NCBI RefSeq assembly: GCF_006345805.1
Contig: NC_043006.1
Coordinates: 105,648,001-105,712,000, forward strand
DNA: 64,000 nt
Source of the DNA: Octopus sinensis
Taxonomy: Eukaryota
Reading direction: 5' to 3'
The position numbers were made by a program, and so were the translations under genes. The notes under the pieces were generated by a model. That model was not told the origin of the DNA, did no database searches, and saw only the letters and a program-made list of their open reading frames with translations. Within the stretch, counting starts at the first letter, position 1. Each line of letters starts with the position of its first letter. This document shows positions 37,116 to 52,290 of the stretch, one piece after another.

Positions 37116-40100
37116 ATGTCAAGTATGCTTAAATTAGGTTGTGTGAATGCGCGTGGCTTGGCGTCGGCTTGGAAGCAAGGTTACCTTCTAAACGACATCA
37201 AGTCACTGGACGTGGATATAGTAGCTATCAGTGAAACAGACTCAGTAAGCCGCGGGCCCTCGAGTCCATGTTTGGCAATCAATTTGACATTTTTTTCTCC
37301 CTGTCTGCCGAACATGGTGGTGGTGGAGGTACTGCGGTGCTTTTTCGAAGAGTCTAAAGGTAAAAGTAAGAGCAATATTCCTAGACCGGAGGGTAGGCTG
37401 GTTGTCTTGGACGTGGATGGCAGAAATGGGTGTGCATTCCGTCTGATGGCAGTTTATGCACCGTCCTTAACGGGTCGGGGGATTTTCTTCAGACGTCTAG
37501 AGGTTTTTCCTGGGTACGTCTAGACCCGGTACTGTTAGTAGGGGGATTGGAACGCTACCTTGGACACGCATCTAGATTATGTGGGAAGGGATAGGAATAG
37601 AAGGGGGGGTGTAAGAGCCTCAAAGACCTGCTCAGACTTTCATTTGTCTGACAGTTTCCGACTCGACATCCGAACGTGCCAACGTGGACTTGGACAACCG
37701 CGTCGGATCGTCGAGATCTTATCTAGATAGAATTCTATGCAGGACAGCGGATAGGGATAGTGTAGGATGTGTCCACATTTAAAGTAGTCAGCTACACAGA
37801 TCACAAATTTGTTACGTGTACGCTCGACTTAGATAAAACACATAGGCAGGGTCCCGGTTACTGGAAACTGAACACGTCGCTGTTAGCGCGACAGGTTTAC
37901 AGGAACTGGATTAGCGAGTTAATTAAGAGGGCGCTGACGGGAGCGGTCGTTAACAACAGCTGGTGGTACGCCCTGAAAATGGCAATAAAATCGGAATCAA
38001 TTAGGTTTAGCAAGGAATTAGCGATAGAACGAATAGAGTAGAGGGAGACTTAGTTAAGAAACAGAAGAGGCACTTACCACTGGCAGCGCAAACCAACTGC
38101 TAGCTGCAACGCCAAGCCGAAGGTTGCGTCGTCAGAGCTAAAATGCGTGCCTTAAGGAACGAAGGGATTGAAAAGCTGCGCGAGAGGCCCGGGTAGCGGA
38201 GGCGCAGCGTGGCAACAGATCAACCATTCGGTCTCTAATAGATCAACAGGATGCAGTTTACTCGAACACGAAAGGATTTGTGAGGCCTTACAACAGCACT
38301 TTGCTCGACTGTTTGGTGCGAGTGGTGGGTCGGAACGCGGGATGGATTTCAGTGCCTACCTGACCGACCTGCCGCGGCTCTCGGCCAGAGAGGCGGAGTG
38401 TTGTGAAGTCCCATCACAGCCGCTGACGTGTGGGATGCGATGGCGGGCTCGCGAGGGATAAGTCGCCTGGATTGGATGGTTTACCCTACGAGCTGTATTG
38501 TCGAATGCCAGATTGTTTGCGACCTCTTGGCATCAGTCTACTGCAACTGTCAACAAAACGGGAGAATCCCCGTTTCGTGAGCCGAGGTGCAGTGACGTTG
38601 CTGAAGAAAGACTCAAACAAGGGGAATTTTATAGATAATTTCAGGCCCATCACTCTGCTCAACGCAGATTTTGAAAATTTTGGCCAAAGTAATAGCAGAG
38701 GTTGGCGCTTGTCATTGGTAAACTGGTCGACAGGGCGCAACATGCGCCGTGCCGGGCAGAACCATACATGATAACCTCCATCTGATGCGCTACATTGTGG
38801 ACAGGGTAGTTAAGGATCCTGCATGGTGGGGCGCTGATAAATTTGGATCATCTAAAGCCTTCGATAGGGTCGACCATCGGTACTTGGCGGCCGTCCTCAG
38901 GCGGCTGGCTTCGGTCCCGTGTTCCGCGGTTGGATCGCTGCCTTGTATAGCGGCATCCGATCGGTGATTCGGGTGAACGGTCACCTGTCGAAACCGTTTG
39001 ACATCACGCGTTCGGTCCGTCAGGGGTGTCCCCTGTCGGCGCTTCTGTATGTATTGACTCTCGAGCCGCTACTGCGGAAGCTGGCGACACTGAGGGGCAT
39101 CCCACGGGAACTAAGTGCGGGACGAGCGTGTCGGCATATGCGGACGATGTCACCGTCATAGTGTCGAGCTACCAGCATATCGAGCTGGTCGGCGAGCACT
39201 AAGAAAAAAAAAATATGAAACGGTGACGGGAGCAAAGATTAACCCGGAAAAGTCAGGGGTTTGCTACTCGGCACTGGAGAAGCAAGCCCATGCCGTCCGA
39301 CTGCGGCTCAGTAGTGGGACGCTGGACGGACGGACCGGTTAAATTGCTCGGGGTCTGGTTCAGTCCGGACCTCCAAATGGATAAGAACTGGGACGAGATC
39401 ACGAGTAGAGTGGTCGCTCTCAGCCAAAAATGGGCCGAGAGAAAGCTGTCTCTAAAAGGCCGGGCGGAGGTGGCGAACGCGTACATCGCATCCGTCATCG
39501 ATTACCGCCTGACGTCGTACCTTGTCCCGACGCCACCATCACCAAACTGGAACGCATACTCTTCCGCTTCCTGTGGAAGGGTGGCGTTCCGATGGGGAGA
39601 GAAGTCCATTTGCTGTCAACATCCGTTGAATGGAGGACTGGGCATGCCGTGGTTGATGATGCGCAGGCATGCGCTGAGACTGCGACATCTCTGGAAATTC
39701 ATCGACGACGGTGAACAGGTGTGGGCGCCGTTTGTGAGGCGCGACTTCCCGCAGCTCGTCTCACTGACCGAACTGCAAACGTGGATCAAAAGAGACCGAA
39801 ACTGGGCGATTGGCACCGAGAGTGTCGCCAAGCTCTACAGCAGCTCTTCCGACCGGGTCAAACTTGTGCAACTTCAAACGACTAAAGCGTTCTATAGAGG
39901 ACTAGTGGAGGGGAGGTCCGACGACACACTCGGGGCAAACTGGGCGTCGACGAGGAATTCCTAACCCGCCTGTTCAGGACGACGTTCGGGCCGGGGCCTA
40001 TGGATAACTTCCAGAAATCCCTGGCTTGCAGTGCTATCGAGACGCACTACCTGTTCGAGAGAAGAGCTACAGACACGGTTCGAAAACCATCACACCGGAC

Positions 40101-40499
40101 CGACCTGCCCGAGATGCGGTCAGAGCGACGAAACCGTTCTGCACGCACTCGTGCAGTGTCCAGATATTTCAGAGCGTGGTCCTTCGTCGAACAGCTGTTG
40201 TCACGGCCGAGTCTATCGTGATATTGTTCCACCACCTTCCTTTAAAGGGAAGGGAAAACGGTTTTCGTTACGCTGATGGCTATGGCGAAAGAATGTGTGT
40301 GGTGGACGCGTTTGAAAGGACTGCAAACAAAACCTTCCTCTCTTGTCAGTCTCTCGTCAACTTTTTCAAGTACACTTGAAAAGGAGGATGAGAATAGAGA
40401 GGAAGGCTTTGTCGAACGAATGTTTTAATAAAAAGTGTGGTAAAAGTGGCAAAAATGGTCAGTATGAAAGACGACACTATTTTAAGCATAAATCTGTAA
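37116..40499 (+). pseudogene. Tx1 ORF2 of C2, heavily frameshifted
   Basis: Fragments of APE, RT and [18 protein letters not shown] match C1. Confidence 0.9.
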
Positions 40500-40787
40500 C
40501 AAAAGAGACAACGAGAAGTAAGGCGACTTACTCATGTGTTCTTTTTCGAATTGTCTGAGGGACCTTGGTCTTTTTGTAGGTTTTTCTTTCCAAGGCTACA
40601 CCTAAACTGTGAACCTTATATATATATTGTGCTTTTTATACACCACACAACCCACAGATCTCTATTGATCAAACGCTTTTTTTTTTTTTTTTTTTGCCCC
40701 ACCCATCCCACTCGAAAAGAAAAAATTCTACATTGATTTCGTCCATTTTTATTCTGTGTTTAGCCCTGTGTGGCTACAATAAAAAGT

Positions 40788-40815
40788 TATCTATCTATCT
40801 ATCTATCTATCTATC

Positions 40816-40888
<73 letters not shown>

Positions 40889-41040
40889 AGTCTGTCTATC
40901 TGTCTGTGTATATGTTGTCTTCTGTCTGGTGTCTGTGTGTCTGTTATCTATCATCTATATCTATCTATCTTTTATATCTATCTATCTATCTATCTATCTA
41001 TCATCTCTATCTATCTATCTATCTTATTCTATCTATCTCT
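40788..41040 (+). repeat. (TATC)n compound spacer between C2 and B2
   Basis: Direct reading; AGTC signature near 40889. Confidence 0.9.
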
Positions 41041-41255
41041 GACGGATGTGATGTCGTTTCAGCTCCGAAGGTAATCATTTATTTTGACTATTTAAAAGTG
41101 TATATTGACAAACATTTTGTGCTTAAAAGTTGTGCAACAACATCCACTGTAAACCTTTGATAAATATCGACACAAAATTTTGCCCCTTGTGGGCAAAATT
41201 TAAAAGAAAAAATTCTCATAGCCTTCGTGGTTTCATTTAGCCATTTTTTTCCAAA

Positions 41256-43394
41256 ATGGCCACTGGCCACCACGAGGCTGAGTTGCAAAGTAAGCGTGAC
41301 GCAGAAACAGAAAAACAGGATGCTCTGTTAGCATACGCCGAACCTGACAACTCCACCACACCAACAGCAACAAATACAAAACAAAGGTCGCAAGGCCAAG
41401 CACCGTCAACACCATCAGTGAGTCCCCACCACCACCAACACCATGGCAGAATCTGCTACTAAAACTGCTATCCCTACTAAAGATATCGCCACCAATAAAC
41501 ACCAACATCACATCACCGCCACCAAAGACCGTGCCGTCAATGCTACTAATACTACCAACACCACCGCCGTCACCAAGAACGACAATAACAACAACAACAA
41601 CGACGACAACAACAATTCCCTTCAAACCACTGCTCACTCCATCACCAAGTGAAAAAATAACGACGACAAGCAAACGAAATGTCGAATTTTGCCCTAGTGC
41701 AGGACTAAAGTACGCAGGCAATTTTCCACCCCTTCCTACTTGCACGATCGAACCAAACACACCAATTTTACAAACTGCAGCCAACAACAACATCACCACA
41801 AGCAACAACAATAACAAACAACAACAAATTTCGCTGAGGCGATTAAAGAAAAAAAACAACAATATACTTTACGGCTCAACAAATACAGGACACGAACATC
41901 AAAATAACAGAATCAGAAGGTATAGTAAAAATAAACATACCAGAAGATATTTTGGAAAATGAAAAAAGACGAACAATCATTTATAAAATAGTTAACAAAA
42001 AAACAAAAATCCCAGAAGGCCAACACAAGGCAAAATAGAGAAGTGCTTGAAACCCATCTGGATCACAAAGAATATGTAACCTGGTGGAACAAATTTGCCC
42101 ACATACAAGTTGTTTTCTACACCGAAGAGTTAGCTAGACATTTCTCAACGCTAACTCTTCACTCAGATGAACTCCAACTTACACCAAGCTATCGGGGACA
42201 GAAGTGACTAAGATCACTCTAAACAATGTCCCCAAAATAGCCAATAGTCTATGGCTTGTAAAGGCCTTATGCGTAAAAATGGCGAATTATACTATTTTGG
42301 AAACCACAGTCACAGAGCATAAAAACTGGGTGGGAAAAAAATAGAATTTCTTCTACATATACATCATGAAGATATAAAAAAAATACCCACCCAGATATGT
42401 GTATCAGACGACCACAAGTTATATGTGGTCGTCGATGGCAGAAGACCACGTTGCTACATATGCGGCAGTGAGCAACACCTCAAAAAAGACTGCTGCAAAT
42501 CTGCCGCAAGAAAACAACAGCAACAACAACAGCAGCCGGAAACAAAAACAAATAAACAAGGTTTACTACCCACACCACTTTTTGCAGGAACAACCTCACC
42601 AAACAAACAACCACACCAACTGCAGCACCAAGAACAGAAGCAGCATCACCAACAACAACAACCAAGAATATACCAACTCCCAAACCAAGGACATCTGCCA
42701 AAAAGACACCCAGCAAAAATGAAGAAACAATTACAACTCCAAATCCCCACAAAATTGAGACCCTAAACAACACAACAATACCCACAATCACTCAAACACA
42801 AAATAACCCAAACCCCACATCCAAAACCGCATACACCACAACCAAACGCTCACCAACCAACACCAACAACAAAACCAACACAGTCGACAATAGACCCCAA
42901 TACTTTCCCTCTTCCAGACTCCGATTCGTCTGATCTGTCATTAGACGAAGAAGACACGGAAGATTGGCAAATAGCCACAGGGGGAGAAGAAAAAGGGGAA
43001 AAAAAAGAAAAGAAAAAATAACAAACAAAGCGGGAAGATACACCACTCCCGAAACAAAAACATCCACAGAAAACACACACATCAACAAACACACCATCAT
43101 CAAACCCCCAAAAATGTTGACAGCCATAAACACAAACAACCACGACCTAATGGAACACATTAGGTCAAACACTAACATTACTGAAAACGACATAAAAACA
43201 AGTAACCACCCACACACAACACCACCACAACACATTAAAATAATACACGTGACACAGAACACATACAGCACCCTGAAATCTCTTTACCCTGATGCAGTAG
43301 GGAGATTCAAAAGTACTCATCGAAAAAACTGTATAAAAGCCTCATAGAAGAAGACCGTGAGGTGAAAGACAAAGAACTTTCGAAAAACAAGTAA
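41256..43394 (+). pseudogene. Tx1 ORF1 of B2, frameshifted, with a different N-terminus
   Basis: MATGHHEAELQSKR... start (inferred); converges with B1 at NFPPLPTCTI; knuckle CYICGSEQHLKKDC. Confidence 0.75.
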
Positions 43395-43436
43395 CCTTTT
43401 CTCTCTCCTTTTCCTTTTTTGCACTTTTATCGGAAC

Positions 43437-46400
43437 ATGCTCAGAATAGGTAGTATAAATGTACGTGGCTTGGGTCGCCTTGGAAACAAGGCTACCTGTT
43501 AAATGACATCAAGTCACTAAATCTGAATATCATAGCCATCAGTGAGACCAGACTCCACAGCTTGCGGGCACTCCAGCACATTTTCGGTACACATTTCAAC
43601 ATTTATTTTTCTCCGTGTCTACCGAGAATGGGCGGAGGTGGCACCGCGGTGCTTATCCGGAAGAGTCTGGATCTCAAAGTAAGAGCAAATTTCCTAGACC
43701 CGGAGGGTAGGCTGGTCGTTTTGGATGTCGATGGCAGCAATGAGTGTGCTTTTCGACTGATAGCAGTTATGCTCCGTCCTTAACAGGCCGACCAGATTTC
43801 TTTCGACGTCTAGAGTCTTTCATGGGAACGTCTCGTCCTTTACTTTTAGTGGGGGATTGGAATGCCACCCTGGACACGCATCTAGACTACGTGGGCAGAG
43901 ATAGCAATAGAAGGGGATGCAAATGCCTCAAAGACCTGCTCAGACGTTTCCAACTGTCTGACAGGTACCGACTGGACCACCCGAATGTGCCAATGTGGAC
44001 ATGGAGTAACCGCATCGGGTCGTCCAGATCATACTTAGATAGAGTATTCTGTAGGACAATAGATAAAAATAGTGTAGGTTGTCCACAATTTCATATAGTC
44101 AGTTACACAGATCACAAGTTTGTGACTTGTACACTTGACTTAGATAAGACACATAGGCAGGGTCCTGGTTACTGAAACTGAACGCGTCTTTTACAGCACG
44201 ACAGGTTACAGGGACCGGATCAGCACATTAGTTAAGAGAGCTTTGACGGGTACCATCATCAACAACAGATGGTGGTATGCCCTAAAAAAAAGCGATTAAA
44301 GCAGAATCAGTCAGATACAGTAGCCCTAGCATTAGACCGAAATAGAATAGAGGGAGATTTAGTTAAGGTTTTAGAAGAGGCACTTAGAACTGGCATCGCG
44401 TCCAACGTACTGGCGGCGAGATTGGCCCTCGACCAACACCTCAACGCCAAACACGAGGGATGCGTTGTCAGAGCTAGGATGCGTGCTCTGAGGAACGAAG
44501 GAGTTGGAGCCGCCCAAGAGGCCCGAGTGGTGGAGACGCAACGAGGCAACAGAGCCACCATCAAGTCTCTTATAGATGAACAGGGGCGCGAATTGCTCGA
44601 GCCTAAAAGGATGTGTGGGGTTTTTCAACAACACTTCACCCAACTGTTTGGGACAAGTGGTGAGTCAGAAAGCAGAGTGGACTTTAGTGCCTACCTGCAT
44701 GCCTTGCCACGACTCTCAGCAAGGGAGGTGGAGTCTTGTGAAAAGCCTATCACAGCTGCGGACGTACAGGATGCGATGGTAGGCTGCGCGAGAGACAAGT
44801 CACCAGGCTTGGATGGTCTGCCCTACGAATTATTTTCATATGCCAGACTTGTTTGGAGGCGTCTTGGCAGCTGTCTACTGCAACTGGCAGCAGAACGGGA
44901 GTATTCCTGCTTTTGTAAAGCGAGGAGCAGTGGCACTGATCAAGAAAGACCCAAACAGGGGGACGTCATAGATAATTTCAGGCCCATCACTCTGCTCAAC
45001 GCAGATTTGAAAATTTTGGCCAAGGTGTTAGCCGAGAGGTTGGCGCTTGTCATCAAGAAACTAATCGACAAGGCGCAAACATGCGCCGTGCCGGGTAGAA
45101 GTATTCATGACAACCTCCATCTGATGCGCTACATCATAGACAGGGTAGTTAAAAATCCTGGCATGGGTGGGGCGCTGATCAATTTGGATCAATCAAAAGC
45201 CTTCGATAGGGTAGACCATCACTACTTGGAGGCTGTCCTCAAAGCGGCTGGTTTCGGTCCAGTTTTCCGCGGTTGGATCGCTGCCTTATACAGCGGCATC
45301 CGCTCAGTAGTTCGCGTAAATGGTCATCTATCCAGACCTTTTAACATCATGCGTTCGGTTCGTCAGGGATGCCCCCTCTCATCGCTGCTGTATGTACTGA
45401 CTCTTGAGCCACTACTGCGGAAACTGGCGACGCTGAGGGGCATCCCACGAGAGCTGGGATGCGGGAGGAGCGTGTCTGCATACGCGGATGACGTCACCGT
45501 CATAGTGTCGAGCTACGAGCACATCGAGCTGGTCGGCGAGACACTGAAAGAATACGAAGCGGTAACGGGAGCAAAAATTAACCGGGAAAAGTCAGTGGGC
45601 TTGCGGCTCGGCACCTGGAGAAGCAAGCCCATGCCGTCCAACAGCGTCTCCATCGTGGGACGCTGGACGGACGGACCGGTTAAATTGCTCGGGGTCTGGT
45701 TCGGTCCGGACCTCCAAATGGAGAAGAACTGGGGCGAGATAACGACTAGGGTGGCTACTCTCACCCAGAAATGGACTGAGAGAAAGCTATCCCTAAAAGG
45801 TCGGGCGGAGTGGCGAACGCGTACATCGCATCCGTCATCGAGTATCGTCTGACCGTCGTGCCTTGTCCCGACCCTACCATCACCAAACTGGAACGCATAC
45901 TCTTCCGCTTCTTGTGGAAGGGAAACGTTCCGATGGTTAGGCGATCCATTTGCTGCCAACACGCTAAATGGAGGGCTGGGCATGCCGTGGTTGATGATGC
46001 GCAGACATGCGCTGAGACTGCGACATCTCCGGCGCTTCATAGACAACGGTGAACAGGGGTGGTCGCCTTTTGTGCGGCGCGCTTTCCCGCAGCTCGTCTC
46101 CTTGGACGAACTACAGTCATGGATCAAGCAGAGACCGAGGCTAGGCGAATGGCACCGCGAGTGTCGCGTTGCTCTCAAGCAACTCTGCCGTCCGGGATCG
46201 AACTTGTGCGACTCCATCACAACAAAGGCATTCTATAGAGGATTAGTGGAGGGGAGGTGCGACGACGAACTCGGGCAGAGTCTGGGCGTCGACGAGGAAC
46301 ACCTGACCCGCCTGTTCAGGACAACTTTCGGGCCGGGACCTATGAACAATCACCAAAGATCCCTGGCCTGGCAGTGCTATCGAGAAGCATTACCTGTTCG

Positions 46401-46866
46401 GGATAAGCTCTACAGACACGGTTCCAGACACACTGGACCGACGATTGCCCGAGATGCGGTCAGAGCGACGAAACCGTTCTGCACGCACTCGTGCAATGTC
46501 CAACCATTCCGACCTGTGGGCTTATGCCGAACGGCTGCTGTCACGTGTGGGACGAATCCGCCTATCGGCCGAGTCTATCGTGAGAATTGCTCCGCCCCCT
46601 TCCCTCAACCGGGAAGGCAAGGCAGTTTTCATCGTACTGGTGGCCATGGTGAAAGAATGTGTGTGTGGTGGACTCGAGCGAAAGGATTAGAGACAAACAC
46701 TTACCTCTCTGGCCAATCGCTCATCAACTTTTTCAAGTACCACTTGGAAAGGAAGGTGAGAATGGAGAGGGAAGTTTTGTCTCGCGAAAGATTCAAAAAA
46801 AGATGGGTGAATGTTGCAAAGATGGTGCGTGCTAGTAACGAAACCATTTTGAGCATGATCCTGTAG
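43437..46866 (+). pseudogene. Tx1 ORF2 (APE-RT-CCHC) of B2, frameshifted
   Basis: 527-aa ORF 44269-45852 with complete RT motifs including SVRQGCPLS and AYADD; APE fragments upstream. Confidence 0.95.
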
Positions 46867-47162
46867 ATCGTAAAAAGAAAGAAAGAGAGCATTTTTGACC
46901 TCATGTGTTTATTTCCTCCCTGACTGGGGTTCCCGTGGTCTTTTCTGTAGGCTTTTCTTCCCACGGATGAACCCAATCTTGTTATATCAATGTTTACACC
47001 ATTATTTCTGTGATACACGATTTTTTTTTCCTTTTTTTCCTCCCCTCGATCCCTTTTGATCGCAATCTTACATTTTTTATTTTTTTCCACCCTCGAAAAG
47101 AAAAGCTCTGCATTTGTATTTGTCCCCTCTGTATTCAGCCCTGTGTGGCTAATAAAAGAAAG

Positions 47163-47448
<286 letters not shown>

Positions 47449-48395
47449 ATACACATTGACTTACACGCACACGTACACACACACACATACACACACACAC
47501 ACGTACACACACACACACGTACACACACACACACGTACACACACACACACGTACACACACACACACACATGTGTATGTGTGCCTATGTCTCTATGTGCTT
47601 GTACAGTCATGTGGGTGCAGTCAGACAGACGAACAGATAACTTAACAAATAGAAAGATAGAGAGATGGATAAATAGAATAAAGGAAAGATAAACAAAGAT
47701 AGGCAGATATTAAGGAGAATGACTAGAGATAAACAGGATGAGAGTGACAGAAAAGGACATGGATGCTAGCAGTTGGAGAATGGCGTCAGTGGTGCTAGCA
47801 AAATACGAAAATACAGTGGTGAGAACAAGTTATAAAAATGGCTAACGCTTGGTAAGATTTTAATTCCTGGTTCGCGTGCCTCCTTCCATAAATCAACCAC
47901 ATGGGGTGTGAAAGTACATGATCTGCAAACGCTTAGTGCGTGTGTCGAAGTATTTATTATCACTGTTTTGGGGCTACGGGAACGAGCTAGGTTCAAGAAG
48001 GGTCTTAGGCATACGACGTCGTCTTCGAACCGCTATCGCTGGATTTTTGTCCCTTTCTGCCTCCACTCTCCACCACTCTCTGATAGTGTCTTTCTCTCTA
48101 GTCCTTTCTCAGCTTAACTCTATATTTTTCTCTATTTCTTTCATATCTACTTCTTCCTCTTTTTATACCCCCACTTTTTTTTGCTGCTTCTTCATTATTT
48201 TTATATCATTCTATCTGTCGGCTTCTCGTTCTCTGCATCCCTTTCTCTCTCTCTCACCGTCTTCTGTATTGCCGGTCTTCATTTCTCACCCTCTGAACCT
48301 CTGGTTTTCCCCACTCAGTTTGTCTACTTCTCTCTTTATATCTCGGCCTCCCTTTTCCATTTACACAGTAACTACATAATACATGATATATATAT

Positions 48396-48437
<42 letters not shown>

Positions 48438-48438
48438 A

Positions 48439-48485
<47 letters not shown>

Positions 48486-48598
48486 ATATATTATATATTA
48501 TATATTATATATATATATATTTATATGCATACATGTGCATGCATACATACAAGCACACATACACCCACCCATAAACAATATGCTTGTACATACATACA

Positions 48599-48739
<141 letters not shown>

Positions 48740-48854
48740 GCACATACATATATACGTGTGTTAAATATGTAATTTTTCACGAATAAATTTTCGCAGACAT
48801 CATTCACATGAGAACAACAGTTAAATTTCTTTTAACAAATTTAATGCAGCAGCA

Positions 48855-48897
<43 letters not shown>

Positions 48898-49066
48898 TAA
48901 TAAACGCTAATTAGAAATAAATGAGGAAAAATCAATATTTGTCATTGATTAAAATTCATTATACGACTGCAATATATTTAGATTTCCCTCCATTAATTGC
49001 TGAAGTAATGGCATAATTAAGAAAAGTCAGTATTAAATTGCTTAAAGCTGACTACTTATCTGTCTG

Positions 49067-49133
<67 letters not shown>

Positions 49134-49176
49134 AACTGCAAAATGAATGCAACGCATTCCACCTCTCTCTGTTCAT

Positions 49177-49213
<37 letters not shown>

Positions 49214-49333
49214 TACACACATATATATATATATATACATACATCTATGAACATGTATATATACATATATATATATATGCATATACTTACACACACATAT
49301 ATACACACGCATATAATGTATATACATACATAC

Positions 49334-49379
<46 letters not shown>

Positions 49380-50039
49380 ATATAAACACATGTATATCCA
49401 CAAATATAGATATATTATAGATACACATACATACATGCACACGCGCACAAACATACACACCTTATGTGACATATTGCATAGAGTTCTACTTCAGATCACA
49501 TCTATTTACCATGTAACATACAGCCAAAAAATGACCATAGAAACAGTTTATATGTATATAAATAAATGCATATATGCACTCTTACATGCAAACACATGCA
49601 CATATATATTTATATATACATGCACGCATACCTTATGGACTCTCCTGTCGTAGAGGACAGATGATGGTCCTACGATTTTTTGTCGAACAGGCAGCACGTG
49701 TGATTTTTATAGTGATCAAATGTTTGTGCTATACCTTTGCTCATTCCGTCTATCAAATTGTACTTGTGAAGGACTTGTTTAGAGTCGATTTTTGAGACCC
49801 CGACCGGGATCCAGAGCAGTACCTAGGGGCAGCTTAGAGCCTTGTCGGGGGCGAAGAAGAATAGGCTTAGTGCCGAAATATGAACATTTTTGTAATGATT
49901 AATATTGTTGTCATTTTAGACGAATTGTAAGAGGTTCAATGCCTCATGTAATGATTTGTTAAAGAACAATGTTATAGAGAAGCAGAGGGTCGGGGAGTGC
50001 TTTCTGTCTTCTCTCATCCTTATCATCCTTGTATCATTA

Positions 50040-50275
50040 TCATTCATCTCATTAATGTCTTGTCCAGCCCGCAAAGCTACCTAATCTGTGTACTGTCTTC
50101 ATGACAAATTTAATGAAAGTGTACTTGTGAAGTGTGTGCCACACGCAAGATGTAAAAGTGATCGCAGATTAACGTGTATGGAAGTGTTTTGTTCAAGAAC
50201 ACAACGCACCGCCCGGTCCGGGAATCGAAACCGCGATCTTACGATCGCGAGCACATCTTGAACAGTAGGCCGTAT
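50040..50275 (-). mobile_element. tRNA-derived SINE
   Basis: Reverse complement has B-box GGTTTCGATTCCC followed by GCGTTGTGTTCTTGAACAAAACACTT central domain. Confidence 0.6.
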
Positions 50276-50999
50276 GCTTTCACTTGCATGCATGCGTATA
50301 TACATACATACATACATACATACGTACATACATACATGCATACGTACGTACGTACTTACATACATACGTACGTACATAGTACATACATACATATGTACGT
50401 ACATACATACGTACGTACGTACATACATACATACATACATACATACATACGTACGTACGTACATACGTACGTACATACATACATACATACATACATACAT
50501 ACATACACGATGGCTGCAAAATCGTGTTCAAGTATTGCCATCGCCTGATCGAAATCCTACACATGCGATGCTCGTATATGACTCTTCAGTCCAGCCAAAG
50601 ATCAACTTTCTTTACCACACAGTTGACAAATATGAATGACGTTGGAACTCTTGCGATTCATCCTTGTGAATTTTCATATGGCGCTTGAGGCCTCTTGAGG
50701 AGGCACACTCCTTTCCACAAATCTATCACCTTTTCATTTCATACTCAGTGTAGTCCACAACGGGTTTGGTACATATATACATACACGTATGCATACACAC
50801 CACACACATATATATCTTTATCTCTTTATCTTTTTTTACCTACCTTACTATCAGATGCTCTTATACATCGTTGATCACCATGCGCTTCCATCTTTTCTTG
50901 ACCGTGTCCCTCTCTTCCATTTTGGACCAAATTGTTTGGCTATTCGCGTTCTCATGGTTTTCCGAGCGGCCTTTTGGGAGCCTTTTGATCCAACCCAAC

Positions 51000-51476
51000 A
51001 ACTACGCAGGTTCATAGCGAACAACTTGATTGTGTGAATGAAAGATTATGCCGAAAGTGGCCAGCTTTAGTAAACAGAAAAAGTGTTATTCTCCAGCATG
51101 ACAATGCACGGCCATACTCTTCAAAAGAATCCCAAAGAAAAATAAGATTGTTAGGATGGAAAGTTCTACCACATCCTTCATATTCATTTGACTTAGCACC
51201 AACGGATTTCCATCTCTTCCGATCACTAAAACATTTTATAAGAGGCAAAACATTCAGGAATAGAGAGAAAATTGAAAACAGTCTTTCAGACTTTTTTTTG
51301 AAGAAAAGAAATAGGTTTTTTTGAACGTGGCAAAAAGAAGTTACTTTCCCATTGGGCTGCATACATTGAAACGATGGTGATTACATTCTTGATTAAAACT
51401 ATTCAGATAAACATAGTTTACATTCGTTTTTATATCCTTTCTGGTAGAACGCAATTACTTTCCGAACATCTTAATA
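51000..51476 (+). mobile_element. mariner transposon 3' fragment with right TIR
   Basis: ORF 51034-51324: VILQHDNARPY, LPHPSYSFDLAPTDFHLFRSL (mariner DD34D region); ends GCAATTACTTTCCGAACATCTTAA-TA. Confidence 0.9.
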
Positions 51477-51974
51477 GATATTTCTTTCAAAATTCCTATT
51501 TTTTTTTCACACGTTCACTTGTGTAGGTCATAGGTCTGCAACAACTCTCTCTGAGAGTATGTTTCAGTGACCGGAAACATGTAAAACTATGTAAGACTTT
51601 AGAGAAAGAAACCGACTTGTTTCTTGTAATAAATGTTTTCATGGAATCTTAAGATACTACGGTGGATCTCTAATTTACTATTTTACTTGTGTAGACCCCC
51701 ACCAAAATTTTATACGTACCCCCTGGAGTCATAAGACCCCGGTTGAGAATAACTGATGTACACAAATTTCTTTATTTATTCAATTTTATCGCTTCCCACC
51801 ACTATTCAACCTTGTATTATGTTTTCGCACCTTATCTACCTCGTTTTTATACAGTGTATTTTAATCCTGCAGCTGAACTTCCTGTATCCAGCCTTTTCAT
51901 CTTGGTCTGAAGATGACCTCAGGTCACTGCAATGAACGTGACGCTATTTGTGAACTAGAGGTGTGTTAGTAGCT

Positions 51975-52290
51975 AGCAGTTGATGCTGATGCCACCTTTC
52001 CAATCAATGTCTCTGACAACCATGCAGTGAAGAGCTTTGGAGAGGTGGTATTTTTTGTCTGGCACCCTTCTCGACTGGAACAATTACGAGAGGTGACAAC
52101 AAATTTATGTCTGTGGTACATCCCGACTTCATCTCTGTGAGAAGTTTAATGTATTGTGCCTTGACTCCTTGCATTTCCAGGTACTTCAGCACTGTTTTAT
52201 CTCGACCCCATCGAAGACCTTTTCCCATTCTACGCGGGCAACATGGGAGCCGCTTCTTCTTACACTTATGACAGCAGAAAATCGAGCGTC
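51975..52290 (-). mobile_element. RTE-1-like RT fragment
   Basis: EKVFDGVE...LEMQGVKAQYIKLLTEM...VEKGARQ resembles the RTE RT core. Confidence 0.7.

Larger units (their letters stand above)
34980..40787 (+). mobile_element. Near-full-length Tx1-clade LINE, copy C2
   Basis: 5' GACAGATGTGATGTCGTTTCAGCTCCGAAGGTAATC; colinear with C1; 3' ...GGCTACAATAAAAAGT|TATC. Confidence 0.93.

Noticed and set aside
41233-41862. Long antisense ORFs over ORF1/ORF2 (e.g. 41233-41862, 11373-11786, 45513-46220)
   Set aside because: Shadow frames of low-complexity or GC-balanced coding sequence, with no independent motifs.
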